From Lama glama (lineage: Eukaryota), in the NCBI GenBank assembly GCA_028534125.1, contig CM052817.1, forward strand, positions 99,326,001-99,390,000: 64,000 bases of DNA. Reading direction: 5' to 3'. Shown here piece by piece: positions 1 to 12,796 of this stretch. The notes under the pieces are model-generated. The model saw nothing but the letters and a program-made list of their open reading frames with translations, searched no databases and was not told the origin of the DNA. Both the position numbers and the translations under genes were made by a program. Position 1 is the stretch's first letter, and each line of letters opens with the position of its first letter.

Positions 1-559
1 ACAAAGTATCTGAGAAAATCCCAAACTGAACATGACATACCAATGAGTTGAAAGCCACTGGCTGACAAGAAAAAGTCCAAAATCCTTAGGATAAAATACA
101 AGGTTCTTCAATAATATGAGTCTGTTAGGACATACACTTCATCAGGGCACCGAATTTGTCTTCTTTAATATTTCATCACCAGCACCCATAACAATGCCTG
201 GGCCTACAACAATGCCTGGCAAGTAGTGGGTGGTCAGTAAATACTTACCAGATGACTATTCATCTCCACCTTTATCTCCTGCTACCCACACCATAGCACG
301 TTATTCTTCACCACAGTAAACTGCTTGCTGAACATGGGACGTGTTTTGAGCTTCCGTGCCTTTATACACGGGCATTTCTTCAGAGACTGATCCCAACACC
401 TCTACCTCAAACGTGGTTTCTACTGCTAAAAAAAAACTTGTTACCCCTCCTACAGTGCATGAATAACTCAATGATCCTTACAAGCTAGTTCAATAAGTAG
501 CACTACCTTTTCTCTCTATTTGATTTTCATTTCTCCAGCCAGGCATTCACTCCATTCCA

Positions 560-2165
560 ACAAAAATGCTAAGTCCAATGGTCAGTTCTCAGTCCTCACA
601 TCACTTGACACAGCTGCAGCAACTAGTTATTCTCTCCAGTGTGGTAACACTGCTTTCACTCGGCTTACAGGACACCACGCTCATCTGGTTTTTCATCAAC
701 TCTCTCACTGATTGTTCCTCAATTTTCTTCACTTCTTTCTCTCCCTAATTTCTTAAATCAGAGGGACTTAGTTCTTACCCCATTTATTTTTTTCTGGCAA
801 CATTTATTCCCTTTGTGGTCTCATTCACTCTCAAAGTTCTAAAAACCACTATGTCGAAAAAAAAATTCAGACTGTTATCTGTAACTACCTATTCTACATC
901 TTCTACGTCTAAAAGACATCTCAAACTCAGTATGTTGAAAACTGAGTTTCTTATCTTTCCTTGAATATGTTTTACCTTCAGTCTTCCACTATACCTTCCA
1001 TTATACTTTATAATCATTCTTGACTACCTTCCACCTTTCACATATCCACACCCAATATTTTAAAATCCTGTTTTCTCACCATCAGAACACATCCAGAATC
1101 TGACAGAGTCTCGCCAGCTCTACAGCTACCACCCTAGTCCATCCCCACATCACCTCTTGTCTAGATTACTGCAATATCCCCCTAACTGGTTATGTCAGAC
1201 TGTCACATGAATGGTTCTACAGGCCCATGCCTCCTGGCATTCACCCCGTTGAGAAGTCCTTGAATCTGGGCTGGGCCTGAATTACTTTAACCAGTAGAAT
1301 GTGAGAGACAGAGCACTGGGCCAGGTCTGTGCCCAGCCTTTAAGAATGTCAGGCAGCTTGTGCATTCTCAGAATCCCTGCACATCTCTGTAAGCAATCTG
1401 GCTACCTTGCTACAGAGAACATGCATAGAGACCACATAAAGAGGAAGAGGACCTCCTAACTAATGGAGTAAAACCACAGAATTCAGCTGAGAACAAGTAT
1501 CAAGGCCCCACACATACAAACCCAGACAAGCCACTGCAGTCAGCCAGCCCTAGCTCTTGAAGCCATCCTAGCTCAGGGACTAGATACATGAGCAGAAGAT
1601 CCATCTCAGGCTTTCAACCCCAGCAAACATCATCTGGAGCAGGGGTGAATCATGACCAGTGTGCTTTGCCCAAATCAAATTCACAAAGTCAGGATAAAAA
1701 GACGAAAACAGTCGTGGTTTTAGCGTCAAGGCAGTGTGCTACATGGCAGTACATAACCAGAACACTGATTTTCCTTGCCCTGTAGGGCATAGTCTTAAAA
1801 CAGAATCCCAAGTGTTAATTTCAGAAACATAAATCAATTCTGACTCCTGTTTCGTTGTTGCTGTTGTTCTTTTTGTTGTTGTGTTGCGGTTGTTTGGGGG
1901 GGGGGGCGGTTAGGACATTATTGTGCAATCCACCATGATCTTGGGTCATCTTCCACATGATCCAGGCTGTTAAAAGACTTGTTTTAATGCTGTAAGTGCT
2001 GCTTCTACCAGCATATGTTAAAATAAAGTGTGATTTATTTTTCCACAAGTAAAACAAAAACAAAAACAAAAAACAAAAAACCCACTCACTAGAACATAAG
2101 CTCCATGAGGGCAGACTTCTTCTTTTGTCCATAGTGAACAAGTATCTGGCAGGCACTGAATGAAC
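560..2165 (+). mobile_element. L2 LINE remnant (3' part), interrupted by an MLT1 LTR
   Basis: L2-like text (CATCTCAAACTCAGTATG, CATCACCTCTTGTCTAGATTACTGCAATA) and an L2-type 3' end CACTAGAACATAAGCTCCATGAGGGCAG...TGAATGAA at ~2088-2165. Confidence 0.75.
1191..1764 (+). mobile_element. ERVL-MaLR solo LTR (MLT1E/F/G-like)
   Basis: MLT1-like internal motifs and 3' end ...CATAACCAGAACA; imperfect 5-bp TSD CTGGT (1186-1190) / CTGAT (1765-1769). Confidence 0.7.
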
Positions 2166-2609
2166 ACACACTGGATAAGCAAATCACCTCTGCTGGGAAG
2201 CAGCTACTTCTACAACTACAACGGCTGCTTCTCTAACTGTACATCTTATAACTGGCAGCTACTTCAATTATTACAGTTATTTGTCAACAAATCTGTCTCT
2301 AATAAGAAAATATAAGTTACTTTTTCTCCACAACAAATGCTAAGGTAAATAAAAATGTTTACTACTTTATTTGTAAAGAATAACATTTTTTCACTTATCT
2401 TTCAATTAGATGGCTCATTAAAGAAATTATCTCCCAATTGCAATTAACTACATGGTACTTAAAATATTTAGTTACTAATAAAAACAAATGAATGCTCTCA
2501 CTTTATACATAAATGGATTTAAATTCCAGAAAGAGTATCTTAACTAAATCATAAGTAGTAATGTTTTATTTGAACTTTGGATGTTAGGGAATAAAACATG
2601 GAAACTTAC

Positions 2610-2769
2610 CAGGGAGTGATAAATTTCCACTTTCACTACCAGATTCCTTAAATGACTGGCTATGCCTTTCATTGTGGGGTTCCAAAATGTCTCTGTACTT
2701 CGAGACCATAAGAACAGAGATAAAGTATACAACTGCCAAGGCTAAAAATTGAGCTTGTTTGCTATCCTC
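2610..2769 (-). CDS. LRBA: LRBA coding exon (approx. exon 29), 160 nt
   Basis: CCAG|GAG acceptor, G|GTAAGT donor; [53 protein letters not shown]. Confidence 0.96.
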
Positions 2770-4097
2770 CTGGGGGAAAAGAAAATGAATTGATCATGCC
2801 ACTATTAAATAACACATTTTAACTCATTTTACCTGACAATATTAAATACAAAACACATTAACAAATCTTTCAATATACACAGAAAATAGTAATAAATTCA
2901 TCCAAGCAAAGATTAGACAAAGGCTTTTGGAAAAATGCCTGTAAATGTGAAGTTTTATGCTTGTAAAACATGGAGAGAGAGAATGTGGTTCATTTTCTTA
3001 AATTAAGTGACTCAACCTGAAGAGATATGCCCTAATATACTTTATAAGATTAATCAAATAGCAATTATCATTATAAATGAATAATTATGTTTACTTCTAA
3101 CCATAAGAATTAAAATGTTTTTAAAAAATCACAGTAACAGTTTTTCTAAAAGATAAAACACTCAAGATAAAAAAAGTAAGGTTATCAGACACAGAACTGG
3201 ATGCCAAAGAAATCCTCAAGAGTATTTTAAAATAGTACAGACAACCACGCACCCAGGATTGAAACTACAGTGTTTGCCAGCAAAAAAAGAGGCAAATTAG
3301 ATTGACCTCTAAAAAGATCCTGGCTTCGTCTCAGCTCTACAGATCACCTGCATATCTGCGTATCAGTGATCTCTTCATCTAGTGAAATTCCCCATTTTCC
3401 AAGGAATCCTAACACATCACTAATTTTGTTAACTTTTCAAAATAGCTTGGAACTTAATTAATTTAAAGGAAAAACTCAAATTCATCCATTAAATACTGCA
3501 AACTAACGGTGCCCCAAGTAGCAGATAAATTTAAGATGAGGAAAACAAAGAACATTGTTGCCTAGCAGATAAATAAAAGGAAACAGGTGGTACAAATGAA
3601 ACTAAAAGTTAACAATTAATGAGTATGAAAAGTTTTAGATACAACTTCATGGGAAAAAAATGAGATTTCAGGTTCTACCTGAACATAACCACTTGATAGA
3701 ATTACCAGACATGTTTATAATCTGACAAAAATCTTAGGTACTTTTTAGGTTCATGTATAAGATCTTATTAGTCTTGAGGGAAAAGACAAATGTGTATTTT
3801 TCCTTTTTTATTAACCATCTCCGGAAGTGCCTGTGTTCCTCTGCTATGCAATCCTACCATCTATTACAGTAACTGCTATTAATGATATCGACATTAAAAA
3901 TGTAGGCATATAACTTACTTGGTATTCTTAATTTATTATAAATTATGTATGCCTATCCAAATCCTTAATTAGCCCATTAATATGTTCAATGTTTACTAAC
4001 TACAGTATGAAGTTTATAGCGTATGCCTGATCTGTGCCCATAAAAAATATCCCATAGGTCCTAACTTCTGAAACAAATTTGTTTTCAGTTGAAATTG

Positions 4098-4280
4098 TCA
4101 TTTATTGAATACTTACTATGAGTCGGGCATTGTGCTATGTACTTCATAAACATTCATTAACCTGTTCACACAACATGAGGCTTAGAGAAGTTAAGTAAGT
4201 TGCCTAAAGGCATACAGTAAATGAAAAAGCAAATCTGAACTAGCATTAGAGTGATTAAAAACCTTAACTCTTAACCTCAG
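4098..4280 (-). mobile_element. MIR SINE
   Basis: CATTTATTGAATACTTACTATG...TGAGGCTTAGAGAAGTTAAGTAAGTTGCCTAAAGG core. Confidence 0.7.
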
Positions 4281-4887
4281 GGTACTAATTTCTTTATATC
4301 CCCAGTCTTAGGTCATTTCTTTTTTCTTCAAAGGTTGCTTATGCTAGAAGCGCCTCTGGGATATTGTTTGGGAAATATGGTCTTTTCTCTTTTTGGAAAC
4401 TTCTATAAGGTGATTATGTAACTTTCACAATTACCAAAAAATTAAAATTATTTGTTAATGTCAGAAATGATAAGGTAGACAGAGGAGACACTCTGATTCT
4501 CTGTCCAAATACTGTGATGTAATAAATTATTAGAACATTTGAAAGAGCCAAATTGTATAGAGCCAGGGTGAGGAGTTTTTATTTCATTTTAAATGCTATG
4601 GAAAGCCATTACAGAAGTTTTAAAGCCAAAGAGGTATGTCATTTATTCTAGATTTTTAAAGATCACTCTCTGAAATACAAAGTCATAGGGCAACAGACAA
4701 CACCTGCTCAAGAAAAGAGAGTGGGGAGAAAAGAAAGCAATATTTGGTCCCAAAATGAACCAGTCATTGGGTGCAAAAAAAACCAAAAATTGATGGTCTC
4801 TTAATTAGTAAGAAATAATATTTCTCAATTAATAAGAATAATAATTCTCAATAATAGCTACCAAAAAGCAAAAAAGTGAGGTCAAGT

Positions 4888-5112
4888 GAGGCAGTATAGC
4901 ATAACGGTTAAGATCGAAACCCCAAGAATCAGATTCCCAAGGTCCTTAACCCACTTCTACCTCTTACTACTTGTGTGATCTTAAGGCGATTATTTAAGCT
5001 AATAGTGCTTTTTTCTTATAGGATTATTCTGTGAATTAAATGAGATAATACATATAGAGCATCCAGTTCTATGCTTAATATGCTGTAAGTGTGCAATAAC
5101 GGTAACTATAGC
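4888..5112 (+). mobile_element. MIR SINE
   Basis: GCAGTATAGCATAACGGTTAAGA head; TTAAATGAGATAATACATA core end. Confidence 0.75.
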
Positions 5113-5504
5113 TAATAACTATTATCTGTAACTACTATTAAATTGTATACATGTATAAAACAGTGAAGAATCAAGAGAGGACTAAAGCACTGGAGAAAGA
5201 GGAGGGAAAATTTAAAATGGAAGTTATAAAGTTTATTTTTTAAAAAACTTATATGTAATATTGAGCAGCCAAAACGTAACATACAGCAAGTGTTCAATAA
5301 ATATGAATGAGAATACTCCAAATCCCAGCGAGTAGGATCACAAGTGATTTTTATTCTCATCTTTATATTTTCTTAAATGATGTTACATTTTCTGCACCAG
5401 ACTCTGCCATATTATATATCGAACTAGCTAAAATAAAACTATTTTTCATCTTTAAAAAATTAAAAACACCACACATTTCATCATATACTTTCATATCATA
5501 CAAA

Positions 5505-5700
5505 ACTTTCAGAGCACAGATCGCTGGGTCTGAATCCTATCATTTACTAGTTCCATTGGCTTGAACAAGTTAGTCACACTCTCTGTGCCTCTAATTCCTC
5601 ATTTATAAAATGGGAATTACAAAAGTACACGACTCAAGACGTTGTTGGAACTAATGAGAACATATAAAACACTTACAGTGCTTACTATGTAATAATGTGT
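5505..5700 (+). mobile_element. MIR SINE
   Basis: CTGGGTCTGAATCCT...CTCTCTGTGCCTCTAATTCCTCATTTATAAAATGGG core. Confidence 0.7.
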
Positions 5701-5919
5701 TATTCTTTTTAGTATCACTACTCTGATATATTAGCTCCAATTATATAATTAATACTTTCCGATATTCTAAAATTCTAAAATCACTGTCAAGAGAACTTGT
5801 ATCTAGGCCTTCCTATCTCTACTCGACTATTTTATATCACAATGAGTGTTCACTCTTCGGGCCTATGAGGAAATATGCTATTAGCTGATATATTTTGTAA
5901 AAGAAATACAGTAACTTAC

Positions 5920-6027
5920 TATGTCTCTGAAGACAACTGCTCTAAGCCGATTAATATCCATGTCTTGCAGAAGCCTATCAAAATCTCTTACTGGAGATAT
6001 ACCACCAGTTACAATGTCCAGTGGACT
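5920..6027 (-). CDS. LRBA: LRBA coding exon (approx. exon 28), 108 nt
   Basis: ATAG|AGT acceptor, ATA|GTAAGT donor; [36 protein letters not shown]. Confidence 0.96.
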
Positions 6028-6328
6028 CTATTTAAGGCAAAAAAAAAATAAATATGTACATTACAAAGACATTTTTAAAAATAAACACAGTATTCCATAG
6101 GCTATAACACTGTTTTCCTCAGTTTATTTTCCTACTTCTTTCTCTCTTCAGTTTTTTGGGTGCCGAGATAGAGGTGGGGGGGTGTAGAAAGCAGTCATGA
6201 AGGAAAAAAGAAACTGCGTGCTGACTCACCAAGTACATGAAATACAAACTGACATATCTGAAAGACAAGGTAACATGGACACAAGGAAAGTAAACATGAA
6301 AAACGTATAACCAGAAGGAACCCTACTT

Positions 6329-6936
6329 TAAAAAGACACCTGCACCCCAGTGTTCATAGCAGCACTATTTACAATGGCCAAAACATGGTAACAGCCTAAA
6401 TGTCCATCGACAGATGACTGGATAAAGATGTGGTATATTTATACAATGGAATACTATTCAGCCATAAAAGCGACAACTTAACGCCATTTGCAGCAACATG
6501 GATATCCCTTGAGAATGTCATTCTAAGTGAAGTAAGCCAGAAAAAGAAAAATACCATATGAGATCGCTCATATGTGGAATCTTTAAAAAAAAGAAAAAAG
6601 AAAAAGACAAATGAACATAAATACAAAACAGAAACAGACTCATAGACATAGACATAGACATAGACAAACTTGTGGTTGCCAGGAGGGAGGAGGGTGGGAA
6701 GGGACAGACTGGAAGTTCGAAATTTGTAGATACCAACAGGTATGTGTAGAATAGTTAAATAAGATTATACTGTATAGCATAGGGAAATATATACAAGATC
6801 TTACGGTAGCTCACAGTGAAAAAGAATGCGACAATGAATATATGTATGTTCATGTATAACTGAAAAATTGTGCTCTACGCTGGAAATTGACACAACATTG
6901 TAAACTGACTATAACTCAATAAAAAAAAAAAGAAAA
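6329..6936 (+). mobile_element. 5'-truncated, relatively young L1 (ORF2 C-terminus, 3'UTR and poly-A)
   Basis: GACACCTGCACCCCAGTGTTCATAGCAGCACTATTTACAAT ORF2 end; CACAACATTGTAAACTGACTATAACTCAATAAAAAAA tail; internal (CATAGA)n expansion at ~6640-6666. Confidence 0.9.
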
Positions 6937-7144
6937 ACAGACAAGATTAAGTATAAGCAAATCTTTACTTACTGTATATTTAAACACAAACATTGAAGGT
7001 TATGTCCCCAGATTAAGATAATTATTTTAAGACCTCTGTCAGATTTACTTAACTTTATGTTGAAATGGACAAATATATTTAAGATCTTAATCATAAAATA
7101 AGAGAGTAATTTTTAAACTTGAATTAATTATTCTGTACGCTTAC

Positions 7145-7272
7145 CTTTGCTGCAGATCTCCCCATGGGAATCAGGCTGGGTATTGTTTTCTGGCCTTTAG
7201 CTGTATCACCTCTACTTTTCAGCTGTAAATGCTGCTGACACTCTAAACAATTCCTTACTGCCACTGCACACA
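7145..7272 (-). CDS. LRBA: LRBA coding exon (approx. exon 27), 128 nt
   Basis: ACAG|TG acceptor, AAG|GTAAGC donor; (V)CAVAVRNCLECQQHLQLKSRGDTAKGQKTIPSLIPMGRSAAK. Confidence 0.95.
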
Positions 7273-8489
7273 CTGTAATTTAAGGAAAAAATTGGGCAAG
7301 AAAAAAATTGCATTTAAGATTATGGAACTGATAAAAATCATCTATACAAGTTACATAAGATCATTTTGCGACTTTGTTAGCTACCCTATTAGGGTCCACT
7401 GCTAACAGAAAACAAGTTCAATAATCTTAATAAACACTCTACTGTTTCTCAGATCTCATCTAAGCTACATGAAATGATCTTTTAAGGAGGAAAAGATAGG
7501 GGGAAAAAAGAATTGAAAAAAAGGTGTAAGAATAAAGAAAGTAAATCACACTGCCATCAACTAGTCCAGGATAATAACCGTCTGTTACCTTCATTAAAGT
7601 AAAATAGTTAAACTAGAAACTTGCAAGTTTTTCTTATAATGTTTATCATTACTAACAGAGAATGATAGGGGTATAGCATTAAAAGGACTATTTATAGGGT
7701 CTACCTCTTACTGGCTTTCATTAAAACTATTTGAAAAATAGGCAACAGAAAAGAGACTGTGATTAATATACAGTCCACAATTACCTCTCTAAACAGCTCA
7801 CTAATCAGGCAGTTAACTCAGGTTACTTACAAGTTGTTGAGTTTTAAATGACAAAACAGGTAATGCATAATTGATCATGAATTGCTTTCTATCATGCAAT
7901 CATCTCAATTCCCAAACAAATTGGTAACACTGAAGGTATCTGAACTCAACTAGAATGGGAGAGCAAATTAGGAACAAAGTAGCAAACTTAAGTGGGAACT
8001 CTAAGTACCATCAGACTATCATATGCTTAGCAGGCACAGAATTGAAAAGGGAAAGTGTTCAGACAGGTGCCAAAAGAGTAACAGAAGCTGGAGAAAAGGA
8101 AGGAAGGAACATAGTAAAGAAGGGGAGGGAGAGAGAATATGGAACACAACTCTGTCAAATTTGGAATCAGGCCCAGGAAAATAATTTTTCTACTACTTTT
8201 GTGACAGGTTGTATAAAATCAGGTTTGCATCCACATTACAAGCTCAAAAACCACAGCAGATGGCCAAATATCAATCACTCTCAGTAGTACAACTTACTCT
8301 TACTGCTGCCATCCTACCTTCTCACCCTCAGCCTCAGGATCAAAACATTTGGATTCTAAAAATGTACTCTTTGTAGGAAAGCGGAAAGGTTTACAAATGG
8401 CATACATAAAAGCAATGGATTCTAAATATAAAAGCAATGGATTCTAAACATTTTAAGTATATTACTGATATAAAGTTTAAGGCTGTATT

Positions 8490-8720
8490 CTATAATAGAA
8501 AGTGTAGGGAACACTAGTTAAACTATATTTAAATTCCAACTTGACAGATTAATAGCTTTTGAATTTTCACTAAGTTTCCTAACTTCTCTGATCTCAAATT
8601 CCCTCATGAATAAAAGGAAGAATATACAACTGAATAAAATAATTGAATGAAAGAAAATGGTTGCAGGCTCACTGTGAAAATCAGCAATAATGACAAATGA
8701 CTGTAGTCAATAAATAACAG
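8490..8720 (+). mobile_element. Degenerate MIR SINE
   Basis: CACTAAGTTTCCTAACTTCTCTGATCTCAAATTCCCTCATGAATAAAAGG core. Confidence 0.55.
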
Positions 8721-9319
8721 CTTTCGTTTGGTTGTGCGCACCATTTGAATCTCTCAGTGAGAATTTTAAAACAAGTTTCTAAAAATAGTATGCCAAGCTC
8801 TTTAGAGTATCCTAAGTACTCTGAATAGCATTTTCAGTGAAAATAATCATTGCACCAAAAGAATCTAAGTACAAGCATATCTGTTTATATAACAGATATT
8901 CTTGCTAAATATGGGAAAATATTTCATTAACTAATTAGATTTTCAACTGCTGATATTATATTTTCATAGGTGCCTTATTTCTGATCTGTCTTCCTATGGC
9001 CAAAGTACCTAAAGATTTTGCTTCCATTTCTTGGTCCCCCTCCCTACACGTACTTCTCTCAATTTAGTAAGCAAATCATTAACAAAGTCTCAGTATTTAC
9101 AATCAGTTAAAGGAAATTTGCTGCAGAGAGAAAAATTATTTTGCTTCACTGAAGAAAGTTCAGATACTACTAAAAATTCATTTCATTTATTTCAACTTTT
9201 ACCTACGGACGAACTGCTTCCAGGAGAAGAACAGAGATTTAATAATTTTATTAACTGCTTCAACAAATTATCATAACATGTGTGAATAAAGGCTGATCTT
9301 GAATGATGCTAGTTTAGAA

Positions 9320-9487
9320 CCTTGCTACTCAAGTGTGTTTGTAAGAGAAGCAGCATCAACGTTACCTGGGACATGCGAGAGAGACGATCTTAGGCCTCAT
9401 CCCAGACTCATATAATCTAATCAGCATTTTAACAAGACACTCTGGTCATTTATGTGTATGAATCATCTTAAAATTTGGGAAGCATTA
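9320..9487. mobile_element. hAT-Charlie MITE (MER5-like)
   Basis: GCTACTCAAGTGTG...GCAGCATCAACGTTACCTGGGA...CAGCATTTTAACAAGA...TTTGGGAAGCATT. Confidence 0.65.
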
Positions 9488-9778
9488 CTTTAAAGCAAAA
9501 AATAGATGGGGCAGGGGGCAGGGGAGGTAATGCCAACCAGAATCAACTTAGTAGAATTTTCAAACAATGTCCTTTCTCCTCTATGCAACTTCACAACCAC
9601 TAGTATAGCATAGTACAGAAAAAGCTCTCCATCCTTTGGAGGTTAAAAAGTAGCAAAAGACAAATTGCCTAGCACACATTTTCCCACCAACAGGAGAAAG
9701 AAAATATTCAATTTAATATGTCTGGATTACTGAAAAAACTTTAAGTAAATTCCTAAGTAATGGATTTTAACAGCTCAC

Positions 9779-9959
9779 CCAGTCGGAGACACTGCCGCAA
9801 AACTCCTCCAGATGACATATTTTTTTCAGCTTCAATTTCAGTAAAGCCAAGAGAACTTGCAAATATAAGCACATCCACAAGACTGATTAGTCTCTGCAAA
9901 AATGTCACAGAGGCTTCTACTGAAAGGCCTTGAGTAGGTTCAATATTCTCCAGCTCATG
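9779..9959 (-). CDS. LRBA: LRBA coding exon (approx. exon 26), 181 nt
   Basis: ACAG|CAT acceptor, G|GTGAGC donor; [60 protein letters not shown]. Confidence 0.96.
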
Positions 9960-10364
9960 CTGTAAGGAATAAAGTTTGACATTTACATCTATATTCTGAC
10001 AAAAATCCAATTTTATGAGACACATTCCCCAAATTTCTAAATTTTATAAAAAGCCAGGCTTTCAGAGATCTAATTCAGTAGAGTGATTTCATTATCATTT
10101 CATCTAAAAAAAGAGGCGTGCATACAGGTGAAATACTGTCAATCATATTTCTCACTAGCTGACTCATCCCAAAGAATTCAACATTCTTTTTAGTCCTTTG
10201 ATTCCTGGAACAGATTCTAAGGTCCTTTCAGGTAATTGTAAAAGATTCTGTTGCTTTTGAATTATAGAACCTATGATTCATAGTAACTACCACATTCAAG
10301 TTTTAATCAATAAAAAATGCGTAAGTCATGTTTTCACACCAATTTTATATAGTAAAGTCCTTAC

Positions 10365-10518
10365 TGTAGCCGATGTAGCAGCTGAAAGCAATGGCAGTAT
10401 ACCCCCACAAGCCATGACCATATTGTCCATCACTTGAGAGATGAGATGAATTGTGTTGTGTACAAAGATGACATTATCACTGCTATTCACGAAGTCCATA
10501 ACTGTCTTTGTTGAATGG
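10365..10518 (-). CDS. LRBA: LRBA coding exon (approx. exon 25), 154 nt
   Basis: ACAG|C acceptor, ACA|GTAAGG donor; [51 protein letters not shown]. Confidence 0.96.
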
Positions 10519-11371
10519 CTGTCCAAAGATAAATGATGTTTACTGATAAAGCTAAAGAAAGGAAATCACACTTTGCCTACTTCAGGGGAGGGAGGATAAG
10601 ATGCTTTTGCTTCATCTTGAAAGCTGAGGAAAGATAATGATGCAGCAGGCATTTTGGGGGGTGTATACTTCCTCAGAAGATGTAGACCATTCATATCAGT
10701 AGTTACTATTCACACCCTTTCTCAGTGTTGAACCATTAATAGGATTCAACTTACACTTGATATAAAAGTTGAACTAAATTATCCTTATGTAGGAACAAAA
10801 TTAAGAAGTCATGTAGCAAAAATTAAGAGGTAAATAGTGCTAAAGGTACTATTAAAAATGAATTTTTTAGTAACACTTTCTTAGATAATGTCATAAAGCA
10901 TTTTTAAGCAAAATAAGAGTAGTATATAAACAACAATAAACAAATTAGGTTTTTTTTTTAATCACAAATCATACAATGAAGGATAATCTGAAAAACAGAC
11001 TTTTTCTACCAAAAATACATTGGAAAATTAGATGTTTTAAGTAAATCCCAATTTTGTTTAGTATTTCTAGGAATAAACCCATTTGGTAAACCTACATTTG
11101 GGCATATTATATGCTATAAAATATGCTACAGAAGACTTTCAGCAAATTTCTTAGAAGAAAAATAATTGATTTTCAACTTCTTGCAATCCAAATACAGTAG
11201 CTCATTTTTATAACAAAGAATTATTCAATAAAACCCTATGATAGAAATAATTTATACTCTATTTTTCAATCCAATGACTGAAATTACTTACAAAATGTTA
11301 AATATATAAATTTCTTTGAAAACAAAGACTAAAATCTATACAGAGCTACCATAATAAATATATGGACAAAC

Positions 11372-11547
11372 CTTCTCCACATCTGTATATCTGTTTCTAT
11401 TGAAAATAAGAGATCAGTGAGCAAACGCTGATGCATCGGAGACCATTTGAACTCAGGAATACGAAACGCAGATCTGGAATCCCTCCTTTGCCCATTAACT
11501 GTGTCTGGTGCAATTCCTTGCCCTGGCTGCTCCTGCTGCCTTGACAT
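11372..11547 (-). CDS. LRBA: LRBA coding exon (approx. exon 24), 176 nt
   Basis: TTAG|ATG acceptor, AG|GTTTGT donor; [58 protein letters not shown](S). Confidence 0.95.
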
Positions 11548-12412
11548 CTAACAGAAACAATTTAAAAGAGTAATAAAATCAAGTTCAACTTCAACGGAAG
11601 GCATGAGTAAATAATTGTATAGCTTCTACCCAATTCATCTAGCAAATACTAATACACATACACTAAGTAAGGAACCATAGATACTAAGAAACCAAATTAG
11701 AGAAAAATTATCAAGGAGTAATAACATTAATACATTAAAACATTTAAAGTAAAGTTATAAAAATGCTGAACTACCACAATTCAGTAGTGATTGGCTTGGA
11801 GCCATGTTAGTATTATCACCAGGTAATGTAGCATTTTATTAAGTTCTTGGTTTTGAATACTGGCATGAAAGAAAGGCCATACCTAGATTATAAATTGGCT
11901 GGAATTAAGAAAAACTAAAAAATAAAGACAACAGAATAAAGAATAAACCAATGAAAAAGAAAGGAGGAAGAACGACTGGAGCTGAATGAAGTGGGAAATG
12001 ACAACATGCAACCAGCCACTGAGTCATAAACACTCTGAGGCACCAGCAAGGGAGAAAGCTGGACCTCTGGGTCTCACACAGGTGCCCCCCTCTTACAAAA
12101 GTAAACAGACCCCATGGAACAACTTTAAACCATATACTTTGTATATAAAGTTATACACTAGCAGATGGTTCTACAGGAAGGTAGTCCTAGATTTTGCTGG
12201 AAAACCAATGTGATAACTGTGACTGAGTTATTAAATAAAGGGTAAAAGGCAAGTATTTCCAATGTTTGCTTAACAAGGTAAAAATATGATAATGCTGAAA
12301 CTTGAAAAGTAGTAACTTTTTATGATACTGTTGTGAAAATAACAATGAAAGCTACCATTTAACAAACTCATACAAAAGTCAAGTCTGTGCTCAAGATAAG
12401 AAACAGAATCTT

Positions 12413-12626
12413 TGTGGGGGAGGGATAAATTAGGAGTTTGGGATTAGCAGATACAAATACTACATATAAAACATGCAAACAACAGGGAACACAGGGAACT
12501 ATATTCAATACCTTATAACAACCTATAATGGAAAAGAATCTGAAGTATATTTATATCCATGTATAACGGGATCACTTTGCCGTATATCTGAAACACTGTA
12601 AATCAACTATTCTTCAATTATAAAAA
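12413..12626 (+). mobile_element. L1 3'UTR fragment (cetartiodactyl-type)
   Basis: GGGAGGGATAAATTAGGAGTTTGGGATTAGCAGATAC...CACTGTAAATCAACTATTCTTCAATTATAAAAA. Confidence 0.8.
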
Positions 12627-12796
12627 GGTGTTAAAGATGCGAATATATATATACATATATCTTTACATTCATTGCATTTATGTAATTGTAAATAGGATAT
12701 GAATCAACTCCAAAACAGAATAAAATGTAAGTATATACACTTGTTCTATTTTAAATCAAAGCAAACACATTTCAAGAAGACAATAAATATAATCAC

